From contig CATNEN010000001.1 in the NCBI GenBank assembly GCA_950097015.1, positions 26,102,001 through 26,166,000 of the forward strand: DNA of 64,000 nucleotides. Direction: 5' to 3'. Under the pieces are notes generated by a model, which saw only the letters and a list, made by a program, of their open reading frames with translations, did not search any database and was not told where the DNA came from. The position numbers and the translations under genes are program-made. This document shows positions 1 to 13,647 of this stretch, one piece after another; position 1 is the stretch's first letter; each line of letters begins with the position of its first letter. Origin of the DNA: Macrostomum hystrix (Eukaryota > Animalia > Platyhelminthes).

Positions 1-170
1 CATTATCCCAAATCTCACATTATCCCAAATCTCACAATATCCCGAATCTCGCATTATTCCAAATCTCACATTATCCCAAATCTCACAATATCCCAAATCT
101 CACATTATCCCAAATCTCAGATTATCCCAAATATCAGATTTTCCCAAAAGTCAGTACTATCCCTATCTCG
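1..170. repeat. 17-bp minisatellite (CATTATCCCAAATCTCA), truncated by window start
   Basis: Tandem copies read directly, degenerating after ~130. Confidence 0.85.
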
Positions 171-509
171 TATTCGCACAATATTGCACTCAGCTATATC
201 CCCTACTCAAATCCCTGTTTGGGGATCTAAAAACAGGTTAAAATTTACAGCCTTCCAGCCACCATAAAATCCTTCATTAAGAATGGCACGAGTTTCTCGT
301 TGATTAAAAGCTTGGCTGGATACCAAACTCTGTTCCACTTATCAGATTAGTTCTGTTGTGTGACCCGCTTGCAGACCATTTGATCATTTATCTAAAATTT
401 TAGCTTAATTTGCAAAACCAACTTTGCCTGCCTTGGACATTCATATTTTAAGTAAGCCTTCCAATTTAAAAGCTGTTTGATTAAGCTTTGACTCACCTAA
501 AGACACTCG

Positions 510-1230
510 GATCCAGCCTTGACCCACATGAGGATCCAGCCTTGACCCACTGAAGATCCAGCCTTGACCCACTGAACATCCAGCCTTGACCCACTGAGGA
601 TCCAGCCTTGACCCTCTGAACATCCAGTCTTGATCCACATGATGATCCAGCCTTGACCCACTGAGAATCCAGCCTTGACCCACAGCGGATCCAGCCTTGA
701 CCCTCTGAACATCCAGTCTTGACCCACATGATGATCCAGCCTTGACCCACTGAGAATCCAGCCTTGACCCACTGAGAATCCAGCCTTGACCCACTGAGGA
801 TCAAGCCTTGACCCTCTGAACATCCAGCCTTGACCCACTGAGGATCCAGCCTTGACCCTCTGAACATCCAGTCTTGATCCACATGATGATCCAGCCTTGA
901 CCCACTGAGAATCCAGCCTTGACCCACTGAGGATCCAGCCTTGACCATCTGAACATCCAGTCTTGACCCACATGATGATCCAGCCTTGACCCACTGAGAA
1001 TCCAGCCTTGACCCACTGAGAATCCAGCCTTGACCCACTGAGAATCCAGCCTTGACCCACTGAGGATCAAGCCTTGACCCTCTGAACATCCAGTCTTGAC
1101 CCACATGATGATCCAGCCTTGACCCACATGATGATCCAGCCTTGACCCACATGATGATCCAGCCTTGACCCACTGAGAATCCAGCCTTGACCCACTGAGA
1201 ATCCAGCCTTGACCCACATGAGGATCCAGC
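510..1230. repeat. ~22-bp minisatellite (ATCCAGCCTTGACCCACTGAGR) with variant units
   Basis: Tandem copies read directly; explains the repetitive ORFs at 441-1279. Confidence 0.95.
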
Positions 1231-1591
1231 ATTGACTCAATGAGTACATTATCAACTGAGAGGTGCATATTAACTGCAATGAGAAATGGCTAGCTACAAG
1301 TTAATCAAATACAATACACAAAAACTCACCCGACCAGAGTGGATATTGCAGTCTAGATGCAGCAGATATTGAAAGCAGTCAGTCTTCCTTCAGGAATCTT
1401 CTCCAGCAGTTAATATGATCACTGAGCTATTTTAATGATAATATAGTTATTCAATCCAACCTCAGGAAGTTAAACCAGCGATCTTGATTCAGGCTGAAAA
1501 AACGGAATTGAAAGAGAAGCTTTTTGGGTTTGGCTGGGATGCGCAACAATGAGACAGGAAGTCTCACTCAGGTGGGACAATCAATCTCTGA

Positions 1592-1622
<31 letters not shown>

Positions 1623-1949
1623 AGACGGTAACAGAATCGAGGGAGAATTTCCCAGAGTTTGAGACTTTAAGCAATTTAAGCGGCAAATTCTTCAGTGACC
1701 CAGCGCTAGCCAATGGGAGAGCTGGGGTTACTCAAGAAACTACTCAACTGATGTTCCATTGGAGCAAAATCAATTATTATATTCCAAAACTCTTCTGCTG
1801 CTTCGATGAGTCTGAATTTGATCTTCTCTGAGCAGCGATCTGTGAGATGCGTCTGGGAGAACCTCTATGAGCATTGTGAAAATAATTGGGATCATATGAA
1901 AATTAAGAAGGATCTGAATGACAAGATCTGACGGCCAAAAAGATCAGGA

Positions 1950-3463
1950 GAACAGGAGAGAGAACAGGATCTGAAGGAGAGAGAACAGGATCTGAAGGAG
2001 AGAGAGAACAGGATCTGAAGGAGAGAGAGAACAGGATCTGAAGGAGAGAGAGAACAGGATCTGAAGGAGAGAGAGAACAGGATCTGAAGGAGTAAGAGAA
2101 CAAGATCTGAAGGAGAGAGAACAGGATCTGAAGGAGAGAGAACAAGATCTGAAGGAGAGAGAACAGGATCTGAAGGAGAGAGAACAGGATCTGAAGGAGA
2201 GAGAACAGGATCTGAAGGAGAGAGAATAGGATCTGAAGGAGAGAGAACAGGATCTGAAGGAGAGAGAACAGGATCTGAAGGAGAGAGAGAACAGGATCTG
2301 AAGGAGAGAGAACAGGATCTGAAGGAGAGAGAACAGGATCTGAAGGAGAGAGAACAGGATCTGAAGGAGAGAGAACAGGATCTGAAGGAGAGAGAGAGAA
2401 CAGGATCTGAAGGAGAGAGAGAACAGGATCTGAAGGAGAGAGAGAGAACAGGATCTGAAGGAGAGAGAGAACAGGATCTGAAGGAGAGAGAGAACAGGAT
2501 CTGAAGGAGAGAGAGAACAGGATCTGAAGGAGAGAGAGAACAGGATCTGAAGGAGAGAGAGAACAGGATCTGAAGGAGAGAGAGAACAAGATCTGAAGGA
2601 GAGAGAACAGGATCTGAAGGAGAGAGAACAAGATCTGAAGGAGAGAGAACAGGATCTGAAGGAGAGAGAACAGGATCTGAAGGAGAGAGAACAGGATCTG
2701 AAGGAGAGAGAGAGAACAGGATCTGAAGGAGAGAGAGAACAGGATCTGAAGGAGAGAGAACAGGATCTGAAGGAGAGAGAACAGGATCTGAAGGAGAGAG
2801 AACAGGATCTGAAGGAGAGAGAACAGGATCTGAAGGAGAGAGAACAGGATCTGAAGGAGAGAGAGAACAGGATCTGAAGGAGAGAGAGAACAGGATCTGA
2901 AGGAGAGAGAGAACAGGATCTGAAGGAGAGAGAGAACAGGATCTGAAGGAGAGAGAGAACAGGATCTGAAGGAGAGAGAGAACAAGATCTGAAGGAGAGA
3001 GAACAGGATCTGAAGGAGAGAGAACAAGATCTGAAGGAGAGAGAACAGGATCTGAAGGAGAGAGAACAGGATCTGAAGGAGAGAGAACAGGATCTGAAGG
3101 AGAGAGAACAGGATCTGAAGGAGAGAGAACAGGATCTGAAGGAGAGAGAACAGGATCTGAAGGAGAGAGAGAACAGGATCTGAAGGAGAGAGAACAGGAT
3201 CTGAAGGAGAGAGAACAGGATCTGAAGGAGAGAGAACAGGATCTGAAGGAGAGAGAACAGGATCTGAAGGAGAGAGAACAGGATCTGAAGGAGAGAGAAC
3301 AGGATCTGAAGGAGAGAGAGAACAGGATCTGAAGGAGAGAGAACAGGATCTGAAGGAGAGAGAGAACAGGATCTGAAGGAGAGAGAACAGGATCTGAAGG
3401 AGAGAGAACAGGATCTGAAGTAGAGAGAACAAGACCTGAAGTAGAGAGAACAGGATCTGAAGG
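1950..3463. repeat. 21/23-bp minisatellite (GAACAGGATCTGAAGGAGAGA with variable GA)
   Basis: Tandem copies; unit length varies by GA dinucleotides. Confidence 0.95.
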
Positions 3464-3949
3464 CTTGGATCTGTAGGTCTAAAGGCAATTACTAGATTGA
3501 ATGACAGTCGCGTGTGCCAAGCTAATATGTTATTGATTTTAATCAATTGTTTTTTCATTCTCTGCCTTTCTGAGTAGAGAACAGAAAAGTGTTTTTTTCT
3601 TGGTCTGCAGTTCTGGACAAGAAAAAAATAATTTCGCTTTCCAATCGATCGATACTAAAATGCAGTATCTGCAGCAGCAGCAGCAGTGTTAAGTACGTAC
3701 CATTGCTAAGCAAGCGCATGATTGTGAAAGGTGACACTTGTCAATTGTATGCTTTCGTGTAGAATAACTGGATATTTTTTATACGAAAAATGCTATTCTC
3801 GTGTCATTCTTTATTTAAAACTGACATTTTGAGCAAAAGCTCCTTTAAATTTTCATATAAGTAATATAATTTTAAAATCTTATCACTTACAAAAAGTATT
3901 TTTGTCTCGAATGAAAGAACAGGGTAGCAGAGAGGTAGAGATATGGTTA

Positions 3950-5815
3950 GAGAGTGGGGTAGAGAGAGTGAGGTAGAGAGAGTGAGGTAGAGAGAGTGAG
4001 GTAGAGAGAGTGGGGTAGAGAGAGTGAGGTAGAGAGAGTGAGGTAGAGAGAGTGAGGTAGAGAGAGTGAGGTAGAGAGAGTGGGGTAGAGAGAGTGGGGT
4101 AGAGAGAGTGAGGTAGAGAAAGTGAGGTAGAGAGAGTGGGGTAGAGAGAGTGGGGTAGAGATAATGAGGTAGAGAGAGTGGGGTAGAGAGAGTGAGGTAG
4201 AGAGAGTGGGGTAGAGAGAGTGGGGTAGAGAGAGTGAGGTAGAGAGAGTGAGGTAGAGAGAGTGGGGTAGAGAGAGTGGGGTAGAGAGAGTGAGGTAGAG
4301 AGAGTGGGGTAGAGAGAGTGAGGTAGAGAGAGTGAGGTAGAGAGAGTGAGGTAGAGAGAGTGGGGTAGAGAGAGTGGGGTAGAGAGAGTGAGGTAGAAAG
4401 AGTGGTTAAAGAGAGTGGGGTAGAGAGAGTGGGGTAGAGAGAGTGAGGTAGAGAGAGTGAGGTAGAGAGAGTGAGGTAGAGAGAGTGAGGTAGAGAGAGT
4501 GGGGTAGAGAGAGTGGGGTAGAGAGAGTGAGGTAGAGAGAGTGGGGTAGAGAGAGGTAGAGAGAATGGGGTAGAGAGAGTGAGGTAGAGAGAGTGGGGTA
4601 GAGAGAGTGGGTAGAGAGAGTGAGGTAGAGAGAGTGAGGTAGAGAGAGTGGGGTAGAGAGAGTGAGGTAGAGAAAGTGAGGTAGAGAGAGTGGGGTAGAG
4701 AGAGTGGGGTAGAGAGAATGAGGTAGAGAGAGTGGGGTAGAGAGAGTGAGGTAGAGAGAGTGAGGTAGAGAGAGTGGGGTAGAGAGAGTGAGGTAGAGAG
4801 AGTGAGGTAGAGAGAGTGGGGTAGAGAGAGTGAGGTAGAGAGAGTGAGGTAGAGAGAGTGGGGTAGAGAGAGTGGGGTAGAGAGAGTGGGGTAGAGAGAG
4901 TGAGGTAGAGAGAGTGGGGTAGAGAGAGTGGGGTAGAGAGAGTGGGGTAGAGAGAGTGAGGTAGAGAGAGTGGGGTAGAGAGAGTGGGGTAGAGAGAGTG
5001 GGGTAGAGAGAGTGGGGTAGAGAGAGTGAGGTAGAGAGAGTGAGGTACAGAGAGTGGGGTAGAGAGAGTGAGGTAGAGAGAGTGAGGAAGAAAGAGTGAG
5101 GTAGAAGAGTGGGTAGAGAGAGTGAGGTAGAAAGAGTGAGGTAGAGAGAGTGAGGTAAAGAGAGTGGGTAGAGAGAGTGAGGTAGAGAGAGTGAGGTAGA
5201 GAGAGTGAGGTAGAGAGAGTGAGGAAGAAAGAGTGAGGAAGAAAGAGTGGGCTAGAGAGAGTGAGGTAGAGAGAGTTGGGTTGAAGACAGACAGTGGTAG
5301 AGATAGTGGGGTAGAGATAGTGGGGCAGAGATAGTGGGGTAGAGATAGTGGGGCAGAGATAGTGGGGTAGAGAGAGTGGGTAGAGAGAGTAGGGTTGAAG
5401 ACAGACAGTGGTAGAGATAGTGGGGTAGAGATAGTGGGGTTGAGATAGTGGGGTAGAGAGAGTGGGTAGAGAGAGTTGGGTTGAAGACAGACAGTGGTAG
5501 AGATAGTGGGGTAGAGATAGTGGGGTAGAGAGAGTGGGTAGAGAGAGTTGGGTTGAAGACAGACAGTGGTAGAGATAGTGGGGTAGAGATAGTGGGGTAG
5601 AGAGAGTGGGTAGAGAGAGTTGGGTTGAAGACAGACAGTGGTAGAGATAGTGGGGTAGAGATAGTGGGGCAGAGATAGTGGGGTAGAGAGAGTGGGTAGA
5701 GAGAGTTGGGTTGAAGACAGACAGTGGTAGAGATAGTGGGGTAGAGATAGTGGGGTAGAGAGAGTGGGTAGAGAGAGTTGGGTTGAAGACAGACAGTGGT
5801 AGAGATAGTGGGGTG
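3950..5815. repeat. 14-bp purine-rich minisatellite (GTAGAGAGAGTGRG) grading into a ~63-bp higher-order unit from ~5270
   Basis: Tandem copies; later units carry TTGGGTTGAAGACAGACAGTG. Confidence 0.95.
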
Positions 5816-6519
5816 GAGTCGTGATGATAAATATTTAATTCCTCTTTTATCACACAAGAATATCAGGTGAATATTATCAGGATTTTCTTCTCTCATTCCA
5901 AACAATTGGTAATTTGAGAATGCAGTTCGTGTATGTGAGAATGCACGCTTGTGAGATAAAAGTGAAAAATCGGGGATTTCCTTTCATAACACGATAACTC
6001 AAAGAAGCAGTGTTCATGCAGCAGCATCTCAAGTGCTGAGTGCTTAACGCAATAACGATTGAAGACAAAGTTGACTTGCAGGAGATCGCTAAACTTTATT
6101 AGCGTCAAAAGAGAACCGACAAGACAAGCGCGGAGGAAAGATGAGAAAAACAGGACTATTGCAGAATTTCGAGTCTAAACCTGCGTTTATCTGAGGCAAT
6201 TCAATTCGTGCCGTTGGAAACAACCCGATGGGATGGTAACCAGAAACTCGCGCGAGTCCATTGTGATCAGTTGCCGACGAGTGAGTTAATGGTATCCCTT
6301 ACTGGACTATCCTGCCTTCGCAAGTTTTCAAAATCTAATTTCGCCAGACAGCGCTTTGGCTTCCAGTAGGGGTTGGCGAAGCTATTTTGTAACTGAAGCC
6401 CTTTTTGTGAACTGTGATGGACAACTATTGCGTCTGAGATGTCAGCTTTGTTAGTTCCGGCTGACTAGTGCGAAACTCAAATGAGAATTTGAAGGACAGA
6501 ATGGCAGATGATTGAAGAA

Positions 6520-9500
6520 GAGAGGGTAGATGATTGAGTGAGAGAGGGTAGATGATTGAGTGATAGAGGGTAGATAATTGAGTGAGAGAAGGTAGATAAT
6601 TGAGTGAGAGAGGGTAGATGATTGAGTGAGAGAGGGTAGATAATTGAGGGAGAGAGGGTAGATAATTGAGTGAGAGAGGGTAGATGATTGAGTGAGAGAG
6701 GGTAGATGATTGAGTGAGAGAGGGTAGATAATTGAGGGATAAAGGGTAGATAATTGAGTGAGAGAGGGTAGATAATTGAGTGAGAGAAGGTAGATAATTG
6801 AGTGAGAGAGGGTAGATAATTGAGTGAGAGAGGGTAGATGATTGAGTGAGAGAGGGTAGATAATTGAGTGAGAGAAGGTAGATAATTGAGTGAGAGAGGG
6901 TAGATAATTGAGTGAGAGAGGGTAGATGATTGAGTGAGAGAAGGTAGATGATTGAGGGAGAGAGGGTAGATAATTGAGTGAGAGAGGGTAGATGATTGAG
7001 TGGGAGAGGGTAGATAATTGAGGGATAAAGGGTAGATAATTGAGTGAGAGAGGGTAGATAATTGAGTGAGAGAAGGTAGATGATTGAGGGAGAGAGGGTA
7101 GATAATTGAGTGAGAGAGGGTAGATGATTGAGTGAGAGAGGGTAGATAATTGAGTGAGAGAGGGTAGATGATTGAGTGAGAGAGGGTAGATAATTGAGTG
7201 AGAGAGGGTAGATGATTGAGGGAGAGAGGGTAGATAATTGAGGGATAAAGGGTAGATAATTGAGTGAGAGAGGGTAGATAATTGAGTGAGAGAAGGAAGA
7301 TGATTGAGGGAGAGAGGGTAGATAATTGAGTGAGAGAGGGTAGATGATTGAGTGAGAGAGGGTAGATAATTGAGGAGAGAGGGTAGATAATTGAGTGAGA
7401 GAGGGTAGATAATTGAGTGAGAGAAGGTAGATAATTGAGTGAGAGAAGGTAGATGATTGAGTGAGAGAAGGTAGATAATTGAGTGAGAGAAGGTAGATGA
7501 TTGAGTGAGAGAAGGTAGATAATTGAGTGAGAGAAGGTAGATGATTGAGGGAGAGAGGGTAGATAATTGAGTGAGAGAAGGTAGATAATTGAGTGAGAGA
7601 GGGTAGATGATTGAGTGAGAGAGGGTAGATAATTGAGTGAGAGAGGGTAGATAATTGAGGGAGAGAGGGTAGATGATTGAGTGAGAGAAGGTAGATGATT
7701 GAGGGAGAGAGGGTAGATGATTGAGTGAGAGAAGGTAGATAATTGAGTGAGAGAGGGTAGATGATTGAGGGAGAGAGGGTAGATAATTGAGGGAGAGAGG
7801 GTAGATGATTGAGGGAGAGAGGGTAGATAATTGAGTGAGAGAGGGTAGATAATTGAGTGAGAGAAGGTAGATAATTGAGTGAGAGAAGGTAGATGATTGA
7901 GGGAGAGAGGGTAGATAATTGAGGGAGAGAGGGTAGATGATTGAGTGAGAGAAGGTAGATAATTGAGTGAGAGAGGGTAGATGATTGAGGGAGAGAGGGT
8001 AGATAATTGAGGGAGAGAGGGTAGATGATTGAGGGAGAGAGGGTAGATAATTGAGTGAGAGAGGGTAGATAATTGAGTGAGAGAAGGTAGATAATTGAGT
8101 GAGAGAAGGTAGATGATTGAGGGAGAGAGGGTAGATAATTGAGTGAGAGAAGGTAGATAATTGAGTGAGAGAGGGTAGATAATTGAGTGAGAGAGGGTAG
8201 ATGATTGAGTGAGAGAAGGTAGATGATTGAGGGAGAGAGGGTAGATAATTGAGTGAGAGAGGGTAGATGATTGAGTGGGAGAGGGTAGATAATTGAGGGA
8301 TAAAGGGTAGATAATTGAGTGAGAGAGGGTAGATAATTGAGTGAGAGAAGGTAGATGATTGAGGGAGAGAGGGTAGATAATTGAGTGAGAGAGGGTAGAT
8401 GATTGAGTGAGAGAGGGTAGATAATTGAGTGAGAGAGGGTAGATGATTGAGTGAGAGAGGGTAGATAATTGAGTGAGAGAGGGTAGATGATTGAGGGAGA
8501 GAGGGTAGATAATTGAGGGATAAAGGGTAGATAATTGAGTGAGAGAGGGTAGATAATTGAGTGAGAGAAGGTAGATGATTGAGGGAGAGAGGGTAGATAA
8601 TTGAGTGAGAGAGGGTAGATGATTGAGTGAGAGAGGGTAGATAATTGAGGGAGAGAGGGTAGATAATTGAGTGAGAGAGGGTAGATAATTGAGTGAGAGA
8701 AGGTAGATAATTGAGTGAGAGAAGGTAGATGATTGAGTGAGAGAAGGTAGATAATTGAGTGAGAGAAGGTAGATGATTGAGTGAGAGAAGGTAGATAATT
8801 GAGTGAGAGAAGGTAGATGATTGAGGGAGAGAGGGTAGATAATTGAGTGAGAGAAGGTAGATAATTGAGTGAGAGAGGGTAGATGATTGAGTGAGAGAGG
8901 GTAGATAATTGAGTGAGAGAGGGTAGATAATTGAGGGAGAGAGGGTAGATGATTGAGTGAGAGAAGGTAGATGATTGAGGGAGAGAGGGTAGATGATTGA
9001 GTGAGAGAAGGTAGATAATTGAGTGAGAGAGGGTAGATGATTGAGGGAGAGAGGGTAGATAATTGAGGGAGAGAGGGTAGATGATTGAGGGAGAGAGGGT
9101 AGATAATTGAGTGAGAGAGGGTAGATAATTGAGTGAGAGAAGGTAGATAATTGAGTGAGAGAAGGTAGATGATTGAGGGAGAGAGGGTAGATAATTGAGG
9201 GAGAGAGGGTAGATGATTGAGTGAGAGAAGGTAGATAATTGAGTGAGAGAGGGTAGATGATTGAGGGAGAGAGGGTAGATAATTGAGGGAGAGAGGGTAG
9301 ATGATTGAGGGAGAGAGGGTAGATAATTGAGTGAGAGAGGGTAGATAATTGAGTGAGAGAAGGTAGATAATTGAGTGAGAGAAGGTAGATGATTGAGGGA
9401 GAGAGGGTAGATAATTGAGTGAGAGAAGGTAGATAATTGAGTGAGAGAGGGTAGATGATTGAGTGAGAGAGGGTAGATAATTGAGTGAGAGAGGGTAGAT

Positions 9501-9535
9501 AATTGAGGGAGAGAGGGTAGATAATTGAGGGAGAT
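6520..9535. repeat. 22-bp minisatellite (GAGAGGGTAGATRATTGAGTGA)
   Basis: ~3 kb of tandem copies; source of the spurious 1037- and 1045-aa ORFs. Confidence 0.95.
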
Positions 9536-9870
9536 ATTGAGAGGTATTTGCTCGTAGAAAGCAAGAACTAAGATTAGCTGTTTGCATTTTGTACTTTTTA
9601 AAGTGTTCGACCATTGAATGGGTGCAATTTTATTTTCAATTGCAATACTAAGTTAATGCGAGAGCCGAGTTACCACTAGGAAAAAAGTATTTTTGTGCAT
9701 TTTAGTTTGCAACATGCCTGACAACTTCAACACAAAAATTACCAGCAATACTGATTGAAAAGCTGTGGCAAGTAGTGCATCAGTAAAATAACTATTCTAG
9801 CGTTTTTCAGAACATCTTTCTTACTGCAGCATGTTTGCATGTCTTGCTGCTTTTAAATTAAACAAAACAA

Positions 9871-11063
9871 TCTTCTTGTCAACTTGATCTTCTTCTTGTC
9901 CACCTGCCTGTCTTCTTGTCTACCTGCCTGTCTTCTTGTCCACCTGCCTGTCTTCTTGTCCACCTGCCTGTCTTCTTGTCCACCTGCCTGTCTTCTTGTC
10001 CACCTGCCTGTCTTCTTGTCCACCTGCCTGACTTCTTGTCCACCTGCCTGTCTTCTTGTCCACCTGCCTGTCTTCTTGTCCACCTGCCTGTCTTCTTGTC
10101 CACCTGCCTGTCTTCTTGTCCACCTGCCTGTCTTCTTGTCTACCTGCCTGTCTTCTTGTCCACCTGCCTGTCTTCTTGTCCACCTGCCTGTCTTCTTGTC
10201 CACCTGCCTGACTTCTTGTCCACCTGCCTGTCTTCTTGTCTACCTGCCTGTCTTCTTGTCAACTTTATCTTCTTCTTCTGGTCCACCTGCCTGTCTTCTT
10301 GTCCACCTGCCTGTCTTCTGGTCCACCTGCCTGTCTTCTGGTCCACCTGCCTGTCTTCTTGTCCACCTGCCTGTCTTCTTGTCCACCTGCTTGTCTTCTT
10401 GTCCACCTGCCTGTCTTCTTGTCCACCTGCCTGTCTTCTTGTCCACCTGCCTGTCTTCTTGTCCACCTGCCTGTCTTCTTGTCCACCTGCCTGTCTTCTT
10501 GTCCACCTGCCTGTCTTCTTGTCCACCTGCCTGTCTTCTTGTCCACCTGCCTGTCTTCTTGTCTACCTGCCTGTCTTCTTGTCAACTTTATCTTCTTCTT
10601 CTGGTCCACCTGCCTGTCTTCTTGTCCACCTGCCTGTCTTCTGGTCCACCTGCCTGTCTTCTGGTCCACCTGCCTGTCTTCTTGTCCACCTGCCTGTCTT
10701 CTTGTCCACCTGCCTGTCTTCTTGTCCACCTGCCTGTCTTCTTGTCCACCTGCCTGTCTTCTTGTCCACCTGCCTGTCTTCTTGTCTACCTGCCTGTCTT
10801 CTTGTCCACCTGCCTGTCTTCTTGTCCACCTGCCTGTCTTCTTGTCCACCTGCCTGTCTTCTTGTCCACCTGCCTGTCTTCTTGTCCACCTGCCTGTCTT
10901 CTTGTCTACCTGCCTGTCTTCTTGTCCACCTGCCTGTCTTCTTGTCCACCTGCCTGTCTTCTTGTCCACCTGCCTGTCTTCTTGTCCACCTGCCTGTCTT
11001 CTTGTCCACCTGCCTGTCTTCTTGTCCACCTGCCTGTCTTCTTGTCTACCTGCCTGTCTTCTT
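9871..11063. repeat. 20-bp minisatellite (CACCTGCCTGTCTTCTTGTC)
   Basis: Tandem copies read directly. Confidence 0.95.
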
Positions 11064-11228
11064 AAAGCACTTGTTTGTCTGTCCTCCTGACCACCTGTAA
11101 ATTTGTCAGTTTGTTCACCTGTAGGTATTCTTGTCGACGTGTCTTCTTAACCACCTGGTCCTATCAGTCTTCTTAACCTGTAATTCGCGCTGTCAAACTG
11201 TCAATCAGTCAGCTCCCCCCGAATCATT

Positions 11229-11745
11229 TTATGGAGGGTCCTCGCCGAAGGCCACCAAGGAGTGCCGGCCGGGTGCTCCGGTCTGCTGCAGGTGGATGGC
11301 CTCGTTAAAGAGGCTGCAACGCGCCGTCGGGCTGACCGGCTGCGCATCATTGAACCCCACAGAACCTCGTCGATCAGCTTCTCGAAGAGCTCGATGGTGC
11401 CGTCGAGAGGCTTCGGCAGCGTCGGCGTAGGCGATCAGCAGCCGCGTCTCCTCCGTGGCTTCCAGCCGGCAGCGTCGAAGAATCGCCGGCTCGCCGTCTA
11501 CCCCGTCCGCGTCATCGGACGCGTCCGCCGCGCCGCTTAGCAGAGGTCGGAGTGCGGCCTTCTCAACGGCTGCCGACGGAGCCGCCGATAGCGCAGCCAG
11601 ACAGCGCCCAGCAGGCGAGCAGTGTCGCTGACGTCGCTCGGACAGCCAGGCGTCGCACCAGTTCCAGAGTCTCCAGGCGATGACGGCCAGCAGCAGCGCC
11701 GTGCTGGTCATCAGGAAGGTCTCGGCCAGTGTCAGCGCTGCGAAC
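11229..11745 (-). CDS. Probable terminal coding exon of an uncharacterised host protein with one hydrophobic segment
   Basis: GC-rich non-repetitive open frame (FAALTLAETFLMTSTALLLAVIAWRLWNW...EDPP*); candidate acceptor TTCAG at 11750-11746; no family recognised. Confidence 0.45.
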
Positions 11746-12187
11746 CTGAACCGTGTTGGAGGTTGGAAAAGTTGAAAGTAAGGAAAAGCATTGTGAATTG
11801 GAGCAGCTGAGTACAAGGCACCAGGAAATTTACCAGTTTCCAGCTGCCATGCTCAGCAGCTCAACTGAGTCAACCGTCCGAGTCAGGCCAACTGAAAAAT
11901 CACCTTATTTCCTGAGCACATTAGACTGAGCTGCGCAAACTGTCTAGTACTGGTATTCTCGCATGTGCACTGCGTGGCAACACTCGAGTCTGCCGCTTGA
12001 AATTATCGATTTTCTTGTCTGCGCGATCACTGGCCGCAGAGACCATGATCAGTGGTCTGCGGGACAATTAGTTTCAGCAATTGTACTTGGACTTGGACGC
12101 ATTGGTTAAATTTCCTAACCAATGTACAAGCGGCCTCTCAATGCACTTCAACTCGAGGTGTGACTAGATACAGTTGTGACCTCTCTT

Positions 12188-12798
12188 CTTCACCGTGCTC
12201 ACACTGCCATCTGCAGCCTTCACTGTGCTCACACTGCCATCTGGAGTCTTCACTGTGCTCACACTGGCATATGCAGCCTTCACTGTGCTCACACTGGCAT
12301 ATGCAGCCTTCACTGTGCTCACACTGCCATCTGCAGCCTTCACTGTGCTCATACTGCCATCTGGAGTCTTCACTGTGCTCACACTGCCATCTGGAGTCTT
12401 CATTGTGCTCACACTGGCATCTGGAGTCTTCACTGTGCTCACACTGCCATCTGGAGTCTTCACTGTGCTCACACTGCCATCTGGCGTCTTCACTGTGCTC
12501 ACACTGGCATATGCAGCCTTCACTGTGCTCACACTGCCATCTGCAGCCTTCACTGTGCTCACACTGCCATCTGCAGCCTTCACTGTGCTCACACTGCCAT
12601 CTGCAGCCTTCACTGTGCTCACACTGCCATCTGGAGTCTTCACTGTACTCACACTGCCATCTGCAGTCTTCACCGTGCTCACACTGCCATCTGGAGCCTT
12701 CACTGTGCTCACACTGGCATCTGCAGCCTTCACTGTGCTCACACTGGCATCTGCAGCCTTCACTGTGCTCACACTCCCATCTGCAGCCTTCACTGTGC
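12188..12798. repeat. 30-bp minisatellite (CTTCACTGTGCTCACACTGCCATCTGCAGC)
   Basis: ~20 tandem copies. Confidence 0.95.
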
Positions 12799-13647
12799 TG
12801 ATCTAACTTGAAACTGATATTTGGCTGTTGCTAAAAATAGCCTCCACCTCTCGGATTCCCCGCAAAATTGGGATTCCCCGAGGCCTGAGTTCTGCGCTTT
12901 TCATCGGTTCTCTAAAAAACTCATAGCAGCGCATCAGTTCTACTCACAGTAGTCAGTTGGGACATAATCTGCCTTTCAATCGCGCTGCAAGGCCAACCGA
13001 TTCCAAGTGAAACTTCGGTCTGTCCTGGGAGAGAGCGGAGGCCGCAGTCTCAGTGCACGGCTCAGCCAATGAGGTGCGAGTTCTGTGCGGTCACGTGACT
13101 CCACTGCCCAGCCTCTCTTCTGCATCTGCGGCTGAGACAGTGAGGAGAGAGTTACTCAGCCTCAGGTGTTTCTGAGAATGGAAGTCAGTTCTCTCACCGG
13201 CTCTCAACCTCCCCAGCTCCATCTCCGAGCTGTGCAGGGCTGGGTGGGCACTGCGCTGCTCTCTGTGCTTTCTGAACAAAAGAAGGCCGGCTGGGAGGGC
13301 AGGAGGGGGAGGTGCGGCTGGAGAGGATGAGCTGCCCCGCACGCACAGTGGAAGGAGCGCAGCGGCAAAGGCTGCCAGGCTGTCTTTTGGAAGAGAATGG
13401 AGGCAGAGGGAGAGGGGCGGCCCTCACAATGCGACCCTCCCAGCCTCTTGAGCAGTAAACAATCAGTTTGCTGAGAAACAGAAGACAGAGTCTGAGAGGC
13501 TGCTGAAATGTTCGGTTCAAAGCAGATTTCATGCAGTGCGTTTTGCTTGCTGCCAGGCAGCTGAAATGAAATGCGCCATCAGCTCAGTTGGACAGCCTTT
13601 GAGTCGACTTGAAACTGCGAGTCTGCAGGCTTTGACCGTTACCCTTC

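Noticed and set aside
1331-1493. Minus-strand segment bounded by acceptor- and donor-like sites
   Set aside because: No convincing reading frame; could be a non-coding exon but cannot be supported
441-11100. Long ORFs of 200-1045 aa in the ORF track
   Set aside because: Translations of stop-free minisatellite strands, open in several frames at once; no domain content
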